DNA of 62,425 nucleotides, filler included, from Choristocarpus tenellus KU-1152 (taxonomy: Eukaryota > Protista > Phaeophyceae), in the NCBI GenBank assembly GCA_964200185.2. It is 11 parts of 11 records of this genome, joined end to end, with 100 filler letters (N's around TTAATTAATTAA, not from the genome) between each part and the next. Parts side by side here need not be neighbours in the genome. Positions count along the whole stretch, not along the records: positions 59,667 to 62,425 come from CAXNAD020024992.1; 10 more parts are not named here. One strand, 5' to 3'. Under the pieces are notes generated by a model, which did no database searches, had not been told where the DNA came from, and saw only the letters and a list, made by a program, of their open reading frames with translations. Below, piece after piece: positions 61,912 through 62,425 of the stretch. Every line of letters begins with the position of its first letter. The first letter of the stretch is position 1. The translations under genes were made by a program, and so were the position numbers.

Positions 61912-62425
61912 CATGATAAGAAGTGTGTATCAGTTACCTAGTGTAAGTGATGGGGTGCCAGGTTGAAAGTATACCTCTCTGGCTAGGAGTTTGTAACAAT
62001 TGACTGAGAAGAGATCATAAGGGGGCAAAATTTCAGTGCATTGGAGGTTGGAATATTTGTGAGTGGAATGTAGTGGAGGTTATCAACAATTGAAAGGGTG
62101 TTGCCTGTGGTTTTCACAGGAGAGGAAATTGCAAGGCATGTGATGCTGCAAAAGCATTGCCCTGCAATGCACTGTTCGCTTTTTTAATATCGCTGGGGGT
62201 GTCCATACAGGACCAATTGTGATGGTCCTCTGAGATATTTGAGGGGGGGACCTATTGTGTAGATTGTACCGTGGTCATGTATGTTAATTTTGATCCGATT
62301 ATTCCAGAAGGGAAGGTACTGAGCCTGTCAGGTTAGAGGTTTACTTGTACACATGACTTGTCGTGTTTGAGCAACACTCTTTTTTTGGCCATGCCGGATG
62401 GGTTGAATTGTCAACTAGCTCCACC

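Overview
Eukaryotic, intron-rich draft-assembly DNA, most plausibly a photosynthetic stramenopile (brown alga or close relative; inferred from gene content, GT/GC-AG introns and TTAGGG motifs). The window is not one locus. It is 11 short contigs joined by ten artificial ~100-nt linkers (N44-TTAATTAATTAA-N44), so adjacency across linkers has no biological meaning. Spliced genes reconstructed by hand: an FG-GAP/integrin-alpha-like protein (6 exons), a disordered C-terminal tail with a Ku-binding-like motif, the protein prenyltransferase alpha subunit (FNTA-like, 3' four exons), NDC80 (5' three exons) head-to-head with an unknown RVxF/coiled-coil gene, an OGFOD3-like 2OG-Fe(II) oxygenase (3' three exons), an N-glycosylation-rich extracellular protein, a complete TspO/MBR-like membrane protein, and one terminal exon of an algal membrane protein. 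The rest is decayed transposons: two tyrosine-recombinase (DIRS/Ngaro-type) retrotransposon copies, a DD39D mariner, a pogo-like remnant, an RTE-like LINE, a Copia-like remnant, a solo LTR, a Stowaway-like MITE and two abundant related MITE families with 3-bp target-site duplications. The most notable signal is strong CpG depletion in transposons, introns and internal exons, with CpG-rich islands over gene starts. This looks like a vertebrate-style methylation landscape, which is not the textbook expectation for brown algae. No CRISPR array, rRNA or tRNA was recognised.
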